Of a DNA stretch of 64,000 nucleotides, positions 1 to 11,030 are shown piece after piece (the first letter of the stretch is position 1; the number at the start of each line of letters is the position of its first letter). Both the position numbers and the translations under genes were made by a program. The notes below the pieces were generated by a model. The model worked only from the letters and a program-made list of their open reading frames with translations, was not told where the DNA came from and did not search any database. This DNA comes from Candidatus Krumholzibacteriota bacterium (lineage in GTDB: Bacteria; Krumholzibacteriota; Krumholzibacteriia; JAJRXK01): NCBI GenBank assembly GCA_963764625.1, contig CAVXTH010000009.1, forward strand, positions 928,001 to 992,000, read 5' to 3'.

Positions 1-27
1 GGTTTCCTTTGCGCGGCTCCGCCTCCC

Positions 28-43
28 GGGCACAGTCATTGCT
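28..43 (+). promoter_or_regulatory. Putative sigma-54 (-24/-12) promoter of the giant surface-protein operon
   Basis: GGGCACAGTCATTGCT: GG(29-30)-N10-GC(41-42) with GGCAC and TTGC cores, 35 nt before ATG 79. Confidence 0.65.
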
Positions 44-78
44 TTCCAAGTTCTTGATCCACAGACACTTGGGTTGCG

Positions 79-3000
79 ATGAACACTATGCCGAGGCTAC
101 TGACCTTCCTTCATGATCGTCTCGGGGTTTCGAGACGGGTCTGCCTGCTCGTCAGCGCGGCAGTCGTGTGCCTGCTTGCGCCGCGAGCCGCTCTGGCCGT
201 GACCGGCGTCAACGTGATCTCCACCGATTCGACGGTGGCGGCCACTACTACGTACCAGATCGATTTTTCCACACGAGACCGACCGCGAGAGCGGCTCCTC
301 GGTTCGGATCGAGCTTTCCGTCCGGCTTCGATCTGAGCGCAGTGGCGCTTGGCGCGATCACCGGCTTTGCCGGAGGAACCCTCGACCTAAGCACGGAACA
401 ACAGACGGTGATCCTCACCTTGGCGGATTCGTCCGCCACGGCGGGGCCCAAGACGGTGACTCTCCTTGCCGTCGGGCAGCCCACCACGGCCGGTTCCTAC
501 AGCGTGAGCGTGGAGCTTCGCGACAGCGGCGACGGCGTGGTCGAGGTCGCGACCGCGTCTTCACCTTTCCTTTTGACCGCGCGAGCTCCGGTCGCGCTGC
601 AACTGCAAGCGAGTTCCTCTTGGGTCATTGCGGGGGACGACTTGCCGCTCCGCGTGACGAGCGTCGACTCCTTCGGCAATTCCTCACCGGTCGCTTCGGG
701 TCAGATCCTCGATCTTCTGAGCGACAACTCCTCCGGAAGCTATCGCCTGTTCGTGGGCGGGCCCGCCGTGACGTCGGCCAGTCTGGCCGCCGACTCCTCC
801 GGGGTGGATCTGTTTTACCGTGCCACGCAGGTCGCGTCGGGTTCAATCGGACTCACCGTCGTCGACGGTGCGCCCTCGGCTCCCGATTTGGGGTTCGCTC
901 AGGCTTCGGTCACTCTGCTTCCGTCTCAGGTGGATTCCCAGCGGAGCTCGGTGACCGCGACTTCCCCGGTGGTGGCGGACGGCAGCGACGTTTCCGCGGT
1001 GACCCTCGTCCTCCGGGATGAATTCGGGAACATTCTGGCCGGCGTCGACAGCTCGCGGATTTCCGCTTCCCTCGATGCTCCTTCCTTCGCGGTGGTCAAA
1101 TTGAGCGCCGCCACCGCAGCCGATGGGAGCTTTCCTCTGCGTCTTTCCAGTTTGTTCGCCGGAAGCTGGACCCTGCAGGTGACGGTGGACGCCTCGACTC
1201 TCGCTGACCAGCCTCTACTCGAATACACGGTGCGTCCGATCGACGGCACGCAGTCCACCATGAGCGCCGGACCGGCGGGGATCGCCGACGGGAGCGACAG
1301 CATCGAGGTGGATCTGCAGCTTCGCGACACCAACGGCCTCGCAGTCTCGGCGGTGGACTCCGCGTCGATCGTGTTCACCGTCCTGGGAGACGGTCTGGCC
1401 CTCGAGAAACTGGCCCCGAGTTCCGCACTCGACGGCTCGTTCACCGCTCTTCTGCGCACCACCCTGGCGTCGACACGCCGGCTGGCGGTCACGGTCGGGG
1501 GCGTCGCGCTGAGCGATACCCTCCAGCTCGATTTCCTCGCCGGACCCGTCGATCCCGATCGCTCGTCGGTCGCTCTCAGCGGTCCGGCCCTGGCCGACGG
1601 CGTGGACTTCGTGACCCTCGACACCACCCTGCGTGACGCCTACGACAATCCGATCGCGGACTTGGACAGCGCCCAGATCGCGATCAGCGCCAGCGCGGTG
1701 TCGGTGGAGAAGACGGCCTCGTCCACCGCCCTCGACGGCAGCTTCTCGGCTCGCTTGCGCTCGACCGGTGCGGGCGCGCGACCGGTCAACGTGACCGCGG
1801 CGGGGATTCCACTCAGCGCGCAGCCGTCTGCGGTGTTCAACGCAGCTGGCCCCGACTCCACGCACAGCAGCCTGGTGGCAAATTCCTTCGCGGTGGCGGA
1901 TGGAGTCGACACCATCGATTTGGTCCTCACGCTGAGGGACGCCTTCGACAACCCCGTCGCCGGGGTCGATTCGGCACGCATCGACTTCGCGATTCCCTCT
2001 CCGTGGCAGCTTACGAAACTGGACGCCAGCACCGATGCAGCCGGAGAGTTTCACGCCAGCCTGCGTTCCCTTTTGGCCGGTACCGGCCAGGTGCAAGCAC
2101 GGCTCGACGGGGCTGCACTGGGATCCTCCCTGATGCTCCAATTCGTGTCCGGTCCTCTGGATCATTTCGCGGTAAATCTTCCCGGCGGGAGTAGCGCGAT
2201 CGCGGGAGTGCCTCTCGCGCTGGAGATCCTGGCGCTCGATTCCACCGGAAATCGCCTCACCGGCTACGGCGGAACCATGCACGTGCAGAGCACGAGTTCC
2301 GGCAGTGGAAGTAATCTGAACTGGGCAAGCAGCGGCGCCGGCACCCTCACTTCCTTGCCCGCCGGCGAGGCCGATTACTCCTTCGCCCCGGTGGATTCAG
2401 GACGCGTCGTTCTGCAGTTCCAAGACACTCTGGCCGAGAGTTTGAGCGTGATCGTGAGTGATGCTTCTGCCAGCGGAAGCGCCGGACTCGTGATTCTCCC
2501 CGCCGCCGCCAGTGCTCTCGAACTGGTCGACGGGGACGGACAGAGCGCGACCGTGGGCACGAACGTGGCTCAACCGTTGCGGACGCGCGCAGTCGACGCC
2601 TTCGGAAATCCGGTGAGCGGAGCCATGGTCGAATTCGCTGCCGCCGACGGCGGGCGCGTGGATGTCGATCCAGTTCTGCCGGGGGATCAGACCACCTCCC
2701 TCAGCGATTCGCTCGGGATCGCAGCTTGCCCTGTCTGGCAGTTGGGACCGGTGGCGGGACCGCAGAGCCTGTCGACCATGACTTCATTCGCGCCCCCTTT
2801 GACCTTCGACGCGACCGCGATCGCGGGGGCGGTGAGTACTCTCGTCCTTGCGCCCACGGGTCCCAGAAGCCTGCAGGTGAACGCGCTGGAAACCGTGGCC
2901 GCCTTGGCCTCCGATTCCTTCGGGAATCCGGTTTCCGGAGTCGAGGTCTCGATCTTCGTGAGCGATGCGCTCGACGGTACTCTCGCCTCGGTGGGCGAAA

Positions 3001-6000
3001 CGGACTCCCTGGGCATCGCCTCCCAACGCGGGTTGACGGGCGCCGACGGCCTCGTCCACGTGCTCTATCGTGCTCCCTCGGTCGCCGGACTCCAGGACGT
3101 CCTCGACGCGGCCGCAAGTGGCATTCCCTCGGGTACGGTCGCCGACCTCATCTACACCTCGGTGGTCGGCAACCCGGTGGCCCTTGCCCTGTCGCTCCCC
3201 TCCGGCGGAGTGACCGCCGGGGTAGAGGGAAGCTTCAGCCTGGCGCTGGTGGACACCTTCGCAAACCTCACCCCGGCTGCTTCGGCCACAGTGACGGTTC
3301 ACGCGGATCCCGCGACGGGGCTGGGCTTTTCCTCCGTCAGCGGAGGGCCGTACCTCGACACCCTGAACCTCCCGGTCACCGGCCAGGCTACCGTGTATTT
3401 CCAGGGGGGGCCGGCCGGAATCCATGCGTTCGCGGTTAGCGACTCCGCCTCGGTCTTACTGGGGGACGCGGGGAACCTGGAAATTCTGGCCAGCGCCACC
3501 GTGGCCACCTACCAGCTCAGCTACCCCTCCACCGCGACGGCGGGGACTGTGTTCAGTCTCAATGCTGAGGCCTTTGACGCCTTCGGAAATCCGGCCGTCG
3601 CCGCTGCCGACAGCTTCACGCTCGATCTCGTCGACGGTGCCGACAGCACGCTCGTCGTGCCGCTTCCGCTCGGAGTCAGCGCTGGGCAACTGGTGCAGGG
3701 GAGCTACTCGACCTCGTTTGAGCGAATCAATCAGGCCGGCGCTTTCCGTATTCGTCTGAATGCGAAGGGAAGCGGATTCACTGGACCACTCTTGAGCGTG
3801 AGTCCGGCCGGCGCGTACGAATTGGTCACGGTGGGGCCGGACAGTCTCTCCCAGATCACGGCGGGGTCCTCGGTAGATCTGACCGTCGAAGTTCTGGATG
3901 CCTGGGGAAATGCGGTCAGCGGTGAGACTCTGAACGTCGTGCAGCTCGTGGGTGGGGTTCTGGAGTCGAGTCCCCCGCTTAGCTCCGGTGCCGGTCTCGC
4001 CACCTTCACCCTGCGCACGAACGCGATCGTGGGCACCGCGCGGCTGCGGATCTCGATCCTGGATGGCACCCCGACAGGAAGGGAGACCGCGCTCTTTTTG
4101 GTGGAGACGGTTGCGGGTCCCATCGCCTCGCTCAGTGTGAATCCCTCGCTGACGAACGTGACGGCGGGGCAGAGTTTTTCGTTCTCGGTCACTGCTCTCG
4201 ATGGCGCGGGCAATCAGGTGCTCGCGGCCGCGGATTCGCTTCAATTGAGTGACACGGGTACCGGGGTGAGTTTGAGTCCCGTGAGCGGTCCTCTGAGCGC
4301 GGGTCTCTTCACTTCCAGCGCGCGTGACACTCTGAGCGAAGTCTTTTCCATCGGAGCCGCTCTGAAATCGCAGCCGGCGATCAACACCCAGAGCCCACCC
4401 ATCACGGTGGGTCCGGGAGCGGCCATGCGCCTGGTGGCCGTGGGAGACACGCTCCAGACCGCCGCCGCCTCAAGCGATGTGATTCTTCACGCCCGCGTGG
4501 TCGACGCGTACGGCAACCCCGTTCCTTCGGTGCCGGTACACTTGAGTCTCTCGAGCAGCCCTCAAGGAGCGTCGATCGAAGATCCGGATCCTCCCGCTGA
4601 CGACGGCCTTGCTTCGACCGATAGCAACGGGGAACTCGCGTTCGTTCTCCACCTCTCCGCGCTGAGCGGGGATCATCGAGTGAAGGCGTCGATCCTCGAT
4701 GGACTTCCCGCCGATCTGGAGACGGTTCGTTGGACGGTACAGGGTACGCCAGGTTCGGCCAACCACCTCGAGTTCACCATCGCCGACAGCGTGCTCACCG
4801 CGGGCATCGCGACCCAGCTCGAGATTCGCGCCAAGGACTCGGCCGGAAACGATGTCGATGTCAGCGGCGAGCTCGCATTCGTCTCGGTTCCCGCCGGAGT
4901 CAGCGTTCAACCCTCCCCGGCGTCCTTGGCGAACGGAAGCGCCACCGTCGCTCTGAGCGCGTTTGTGGCGGGACCGCTCGCGATCGACGTCTCGCTGACG
5001 GCTTCTCCCTCCGTTGCCGGCAGTCTGAGCGGACTCGCCGTGGTTGCGGCCGCACCCTCGGGAACCATCGCGGTACCGGTGATCGATCCGCCGGCGAACA
5101 CGGCGAACGGACTATCGGTGACACGCCTGAACGCGGGCCCGATTCGGGACGCCTTCTCAAATCTGGTCGCCCTCGGTACCGCGGTCGACGTGGCCGCGAG
5201 CGGTGGCACGATCATCTCCGACGATCTCGATCCCGCGCTCAACGGGATCCAGAGACTCACGGATGCTTCCGGCATGGTGGACCTCCGACTCGTATCTCCT
5301 CTCAGCGCGGGCACGGTCAACGTGTCCTTCGTCTCGGGGAGCGCCACCGGAAGCGCGGACGCGACTTTCGAGGCTCGGGCCTCTCTCTCCGCCGATGGCG
5401 CACTCGCGCCCGGGGCGGCCGTGCCCGGCCAGGCCATCAACTTCTCGATCTCCTTCGCGAACGCGGGCGGAGTCGACGCGATTCTGGATGCCGCTCTTTC
5501 TGAACTGCGAATCGAGGACGGGCAGGGGGGGGTCCTCACCGCTCCGCTTCTCAGTGACACCGTGGTCGGGGCTTCTTCCACCCAGACGCTCGTCTTTGCC
5601 ACCGCGACCCTTCCCGCAAGCTTCGCGCTGGGGGGGTTCCGGCCCACTCTCACCCTCATGGGGCAGGACTCCCACTCTCAGGCCGTCTCCGCGTTCGTCG
5701 TGCTCCCGCAGGGCTCCTTCCTGGTCAGTGCTCTGGCCCTGCGCGGGGTGGCTCACGAGACACAGGCGGCCGCGGGCGACACTCTCCACCTTCGGGTTTC
5801 GGTGGAGAACATCGGCGCCGGAGCGGTGGAAATCTCCCAGCTCGCGGTGCAATCGTCCCCAGCGGGAGACTTCAGTTTGGTCGGACAGGATCCACTTCCG
5901 GTGCTCGCGGCCGGAAGTCAGACCGACCTGCTCTCCCGCTGGTTGGTGGGAAGTGCGACTGCGCCGGGAAGCTATCGCTTCGTGGCTCGCGTCACCGGGA

Positions 6001-9000
6001 GAGTCGCGGGCGTGGACTTCGCGGCTCCGGTCGATTCATCCGCCGTAGCTCTGGTGGTGAGCTCCGCATCTAGCCTGGAACTGGTCGCAGGAAGCGTGAG
6101 TCCCGCTCTCATTCATCACGGAGCCACGCTTTTGTTGAAGGTGAGAGTGAAGAACAACGGCGGCGCCACGGTGGCCCTGAATCCGCAGACTTCCTCGGCC
6201 AGCTTCGGAGGCGGGCTCTGGAGCGGCGCCTTGACCGCGCCCACGGCCCTGGCTCCCGGTCAAGAGGCGGAATTGAGCTTCGGACCCACCACCGTCGATG
6301 CGGCTCTGGGCAGCCAGAGCCACGATCTTCGGCTCCACCTCGAGGGCACCGAGAACAGCTTCGCCTTCCAGGCGGATCTGCTCGCCGCCACCGCGATCGC
6401 CACCCAGACCCCGGCTGATCTGGCTCTGCAGACTCCGGCTCTCGATCCGGCGGCGGCTCTGCGCGGCTCCGTGGTCGGCTTTACCCTCGCGCTGCAGAAT
6501 CTGGGGGAAGCAGAGGTGGAGCTCGATCCCCTGGCCACGCGGCTTGCGCTCGGTGAGCCGGGGGGACAGAGGATCAGCGCGTTGCTTTCCGCCAGCTCGG
6601 ATCAGGCCGTCTCCACCGGTGCACATCAGCTGGTCTTCTCCTCGCTGAATCTCCCGGCGGATCTCACCTTGGGCACCCCAGAAGGCACCCTCGAGCTCAG
6701 GGGCACCCAAAACGGTCTGCCTTACTCCCTCAATCTCGCCCTGCCGATCGGGACCCTGTTCCTGCAGGATCCATCGGGACTGAGAATCTTCTCCACCGTG
6801 GCGTTGAATCCCAGAGTTCCGCGGCCTGAAGTCGACACTGGGCAGCTCATCCCGGTGCGCGTGGTGGTGGGCAACAACGCCGGGGAGGCGATCGATTCGC
6901 TCACGGTACGGCTCACCGGGAGCGCGGCGCCGGCCTCCGCCGCGGCGGACATCTTGATTCCGCGGCTTCAGTCCAGCGAGGTCGACACTCTCATCTTCCC
7001 CACGACCCTCACCTCGAGCCCGGGACCGGAATCACTCAGGGCGTCGATCGTGCGCGCGCTGTCCTCGACCACCGGCCAACTGGTCGTCCCGCAGAGCCCG
7101 CTGGATGATTTGGCGAACCTCGTGGTCCAATCACCGGTCTCCCTCGCCTTCGAGGCGGCACTGGAGGAGAGCACCGATCCTCTTTCGATGCGGGTCACGC
7201 CCGGCCAGATCTTCTCCGTCCGGATCGCGATCGTCCCGGATACCTCGGTGGAAAGTTCGGGTACCTGGCTGCCGGTCGATGTCGACCTCAGCGGTCTGCA
7301 GGGGTTCAGCTTGAATCCTCCCAGCAGTCTGCCGGTTCAGCTCGATCCCAACAATCCCGAGGCTTCGATCGAACTCGTGGCGCCCTCGACCGCGCAGACC
7401 GTCGATCTCCTGGCTGCTCTGTCCCGCGTCGACCTGGATGCCAACGATCCCGATGCCCGCCCTCTGACCACCGCCTCCAGTCGCTCGCTGCAAGTCGAGG
7501 TCTTCGGCGGTGGCTCTTTCGATCTCTGCGGCCTGAGCATCGTGACGCCACAAGGAGCTCTCGACGGGGTCGTGAGCACGGGGCAGCGAATCACTCTGGA
7601 AGGCGAAGTCGATGGACCTTCCAACCTGGAGCAACGCGCCCTCGAGTTGCTTCTTCCGCCCCAGCTGGCCCTGGTGGGGGGAACCGCGTTGCAGCCGCTG
7701 GCCGACGGGCAGACCAAAGTGAGTTGGGAGTTGCTCTGTCCCGAGACTCCGATCTCCGGACTGGTTCTGCGCACCGTAGCGCACGCCACCGACGTCCAGA
7801 GCGGCAGCGTGCTGGCCGATACTTGCGCCACTGCGAGTCTGGATATCGTGCAAGCGGCGCGAGCGGCCCCGCGCTTGAGCGTGCTCGAGCCGAACAGCGC
7901 GCGCGACCGGGGTGAGCTTCCGCCGGGCGCGGTCGTCGAACTCCGCGGGGAGTTCGCTCTTTCGGGAAGTGCGGGCGTCACCGGTCCGGCGCGCCTGCAT
8001 CTGGAAGTGCCGGCGGGCTTCACCATCCTCGACGGCCAAGCGGCCAGCATCGATCTCGGCGATCCGAGCGATCAGATCCTCTGGCGGGTCCAGGGTCCCA
8101 CAGAGCCTGGATTTGGGAGTGCAGCAGCTTCGATTGACGGCGGAGCAGATGCCGCGGGACGAGAACAGCGGCCTTGTGGCCGGGAATCCCGCGGATTCGA
8201 GCTCGGTATCACTCTCGATCCTGGCCGATCCCCTGCGCGTGCAGGTCAGCGATCTTCCGGGCACCGGCCCGCTGGTCGGGAGTGATCGCATGTATGAACG
8301 CTTCGCCCTGAACCTGAGAAACAGTCATCCCGAAGCGGTTCACTTCACGTCTCTCACCTTGAGCATCGTGGACGATGCCGGCAACAGCTTCGCGGATCCT
8401 TCGGCATTTCTGCAGACGGTTCAGCTGCGCCGTACGGACGGCAGTGGAAGCTGGAGCGCCTCGGTTGGCTCGAATCCAGTGAGCATTTCAGTCGATCTCG
8501 TTCTCGACTCGGACACCTCGGCTGCGTTCAATCTGGGGGTTCAGGCCAAACCCGACGCCGCATACGTGTCCTTTGCTTTCGTGATCGACGGCAGCAGCGC
8601 TTCGATCGAGGACACGGGTGGATTCAATCTGAGCTACGCCCTGCTCGACGCAAAGGGCAATGGTCTGCCGAGCATCGTCGCCGGCGCGAGCGTCACCGCG
8701 GTCTTGTCCGACCGGCTCGACGCGCACAGCTATCCCAACCCCTTCGTTCCCAGCCGCGAGCCAGCGACGCTCTCGTATTCGCTTCCCCAGAGCGCTCCGG
8801 TGGAGATTGAGATCTTCGATCTCTTGGGAAAGAGAGTTCGTTCGTGGAGTTTCGCGGAGGGGCAAACCGAGAGCGAGGCCGGCGTCCACGACGGCGACGT
8901 GGTATGGGACGGCCGAAACGGCCTGGGTCAGGACGTGCGCAACGGAGTGTATGTGTGCCGGGTGCGCGCGGCGGGAGAGGAAGTCTTCTTCAGAATCGCG

Positions 9001-9012
9001 GTGACCCGATGA
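79..9012 (+). CDS. Giant (~2,975 aa) invasin/intimin-type Ig-repeat surface protein with signal peptide and C-terminal FlgD-Ig/T9SS-like sorting domain; split by frameshifts at ~270-315 and ~8112
   Basis: Joins ORFs 79..336 (signal peptide ...LLAPRAALA-VTGV), 168..8285 (Ala/Ser/Gly/Val-rich beta repeats, more than ten Dx[FY]GN-like motifs) and the 3' part of 7912..9012 (SYPNPF...IFDLLGKRVRSW...WDGRNGLGQDVRNGVY). Confidence 0.8.
925..2150 (+). repeat. Four tandem Big_1/invasin-like Ig repeats (~101-103 aa) inside the giant protein
   Basis: ADGxD motif codons start at 975, 1284, 1593 and 1896 (periods 309, 309, 303 nt), each followed by LRD-x-x-[GD]-[NL] and a DG-S-F/GEF motif. Confidence 0.8.
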
Positions 9013-11030
9013 TGGTCCACCGCGCGCAAGTTGTGTCCACCGCGACGTCCTCTTTGCATCCCGTGAGAGCAAAGGAGACACGGCAGCGTCTCGCGCGGTG
9101 GTTCGTGTTCTTGCTGTGCGTCTTCTGCTCCGTTCCGTCCTCGTTCGCGGCCGATGATGGCGGCGGGACGGAGTCGATCTTCAAGCTGGGGCCCACCGCG
9201 CGAGGCGTGGGCTTGGGCTCGGCGATGGTGGGTTTGGCTTTCGATGCGAGCGCTCCCTACTGGAATCCCGCTCTCCTGCCGCACGCCCGCGGCTCGGAGC
9301 TCACTTTCAGTTACAACCGCCTGTACGGCCAGGCCGGGGGCGCTTCCTACGGGTACCTCGGACTCGCCTATCCGACTCTGAACGCGGGAGGATTCGGGAT
9401 CGGGATTCTCCGTCTCAAGCTGGGGGAGATAGAGACCTACGACACCAGCAGTCGTCCCACCGGAACCATCGACTACGGCGAGACACAGCTTCTTCTGAGC
9501 TACGGATATGGAGGCAGGCTCCCGTATGTGGGCGGCCGGCTCGATCTGGGATTGAGCGCGAAGATCCACAGCCTGGATCTCGCCGAAAAGAGCACCAGCG
9601 GCGGGATGGACCTGGGGCTGGCCTGGACCGTACCCCGTCTTTCCGGCACGCGACTCTGCTTTGTCTACCAAAATCTGATCGCACCGAGCTTCCGTCTGAT
9701 CGAACGCGAGGACAAGCTTCCCTCCACCAAGAGGTTCGCGCTGTCCAAGCGTCACGAATTCAACCCGAGCACGAGTGTGGAAGTGGCTGCGGTCTACGAC
9801 AGTCCCCAATACGCGGACCACCGGGTGGGTCTGGGAGCGGAAGCCGAGTACCTCGACCTGTACACCCTTCGGCTCAGTTACGACGACGGACATTTCAATG
9901 CCGGCCTCGGTGGGCGCTGGCGCGATTATGCCCTGGACTATGCTTTCCGTTCGGGAGGGGAGTTGGGCTCTTCACAGTTTTTGAGTCTGTCGTGGTACTT
10001 CGGAGAAGACATCGAGGATCGACGCTCGGGCCAAGCAGAGCTGCGCGCGCAGGAGCTCGCGCAGGCCAGGTTGGAAGCGGTGGAGATCTGGCGCAAGGAC
10101 CAGATCCACGGCGCGGTCGAGGACTTCCGCACCGCGCTGGATCAAGAATCACTCGAAGCGGCCGAGGCGGGTCTGGCCCGGGCGCGAAGTCTCGGAGCGG
10201 CCGAGGATTCGCTTGCCTCGGACCTGCGGCGATTGCAGGAGTTGAAGCAACGAAAACAGCGGATCCGTGACGATGAGCAGCGTCGTACTCTCCGGATCGA
10301 GGACACCGAGACCCAACTAGAAGCCGCCCTGCGCCAGGGGGACGCACAACGCGCGCGTACCGAGCTGAATCTACTCGCGAAGCTGGCCGCGGATCATCCA
10401 ATGCTGCCTCGCTTCGTCCAGCAGGTGGAGGATCTCGAGGCAGGCTCGATCGCCTCGGCCTCATCGGAGGCCACCGCGGCGGAGGAGGCGGGTGATTGGG
10501 AATCGGCCCTCAACGCCTGGAGCGTCGTCGCCTCCCTGGATCCCAGCAATCCCGCCCCGGCTGCGGCCCTGAAGCGCTGGAAGGCGGAACTCGACGCGGC
10601 TCGCAACCAGAGCAACCGCGCAGAGACGGATGCGGCGCGGGCCCGCCGCGAGTTGGCCCAGGAAAAACGCTTCAGCTCCGCGCTGCAGGAGTTCGCGCAG
10701 GGCAAATTGGATGAGGCCGAGACCCTGTGCCGCCAAGTCTTGACAGTCGAGCCGGGCCACTCGGGGGCGAAAGGACTTCTGAATCAGATCGCGCACCGCC
10801 GGTCGGGTCCGTCGAATCTGAGCCCACAGCAACAGCAGCAAGTGCGGGCCTACTATCTCTCGGGTCTTCGATCCTTCACCGACGGCGACTACGCGGCGGC
10901 GATCGTCCAGTGGCGCCGCATCCTCACGATCGATCCCGGGAACCAGGGCGCACAGAACAACATCGCGGAGGCGCAAGCGCGCATCGAGCGTCTCGAGGCA
11001 AACCCGGGCGCGAAGGATGAACAGAAGTGA
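9009..11030 (+). CDS. PorV/UPF0164-like outer-membrane beta-barrel fused to a C-terminal coiled-coil/TPR region
   Basis: ATGA overlap with the upstream stop; signal peptide; PorV-type N-terminus GPTARGVGLGSA...DASAPYWNPALL; barrel ends near LSLSWYFG; TPR-like repeats (GDYAAAIVQWRRILTIDPGNQGA). Confidence 0.75.
   Translation: MMVHRAQVVSTATSSLHPVRAKETRQRLARWFVFLLCVFCSVPSSFAADDGGGTESIFKLGPTARGVGLGSAMVGLAFDASAPYWNPALLPHARGSELTFSYNRLYGQAGGASYGYLGLAYPTLNAGGFGIGILRLKLGEIETYDTSSRPTGTIDYGETQLLLSYGYGGRLPYVGGRLDLGLSAKIHSLDLAEKSTSGGMDLGLAWTVPRLSGTRLCFVYQNLIAPSFRLIEREDKLPSTKRFALSKRHEFNPSTSVEVAAVYDSPQYADHRVGLGAEAEYLDLYTLRLSYDDGHFNAGLGGRWRDYALDYAFRSGGELGSSQFLSLSWYFGEDIEDRRSGQAELRAQELAQARLEAVEIWRKDQIHGAVEDFRTALDQESLEAAEAGLARARSLGAAEDSLASDLRRLQELKQRKQRIRDDEQRRTLRIEDTETQLEAALRQGDAQRARTELNLLAKLAADHPMLPRFVQQVEDLEAGSIASASSEATAAEEAGDWESALNAWSVVASLDPSNPAPAAALKRWKAELDAARNQSNRAETDAARARRELAQEKRFSSALQEFAQGKLDEAETLCRQVLTVEPGHSGAKGLLNQIAHRRSGPSNLSPQQQQQVRAYYLSGLRSFTDGDYAAAIVQWRRILTIDPGNQGAQNNIAEAQARIERLEANPGAKDEQK

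Noticed and set aside
925-2150. Regularly spaced repeats as a CRISPR or other DNA-level array
   Set aside because: The period is ~300 nt and in frame, and similarity is at protein level (Ig domains); no CRISPR array, tRNA or rRNA was seen anywhere in the window
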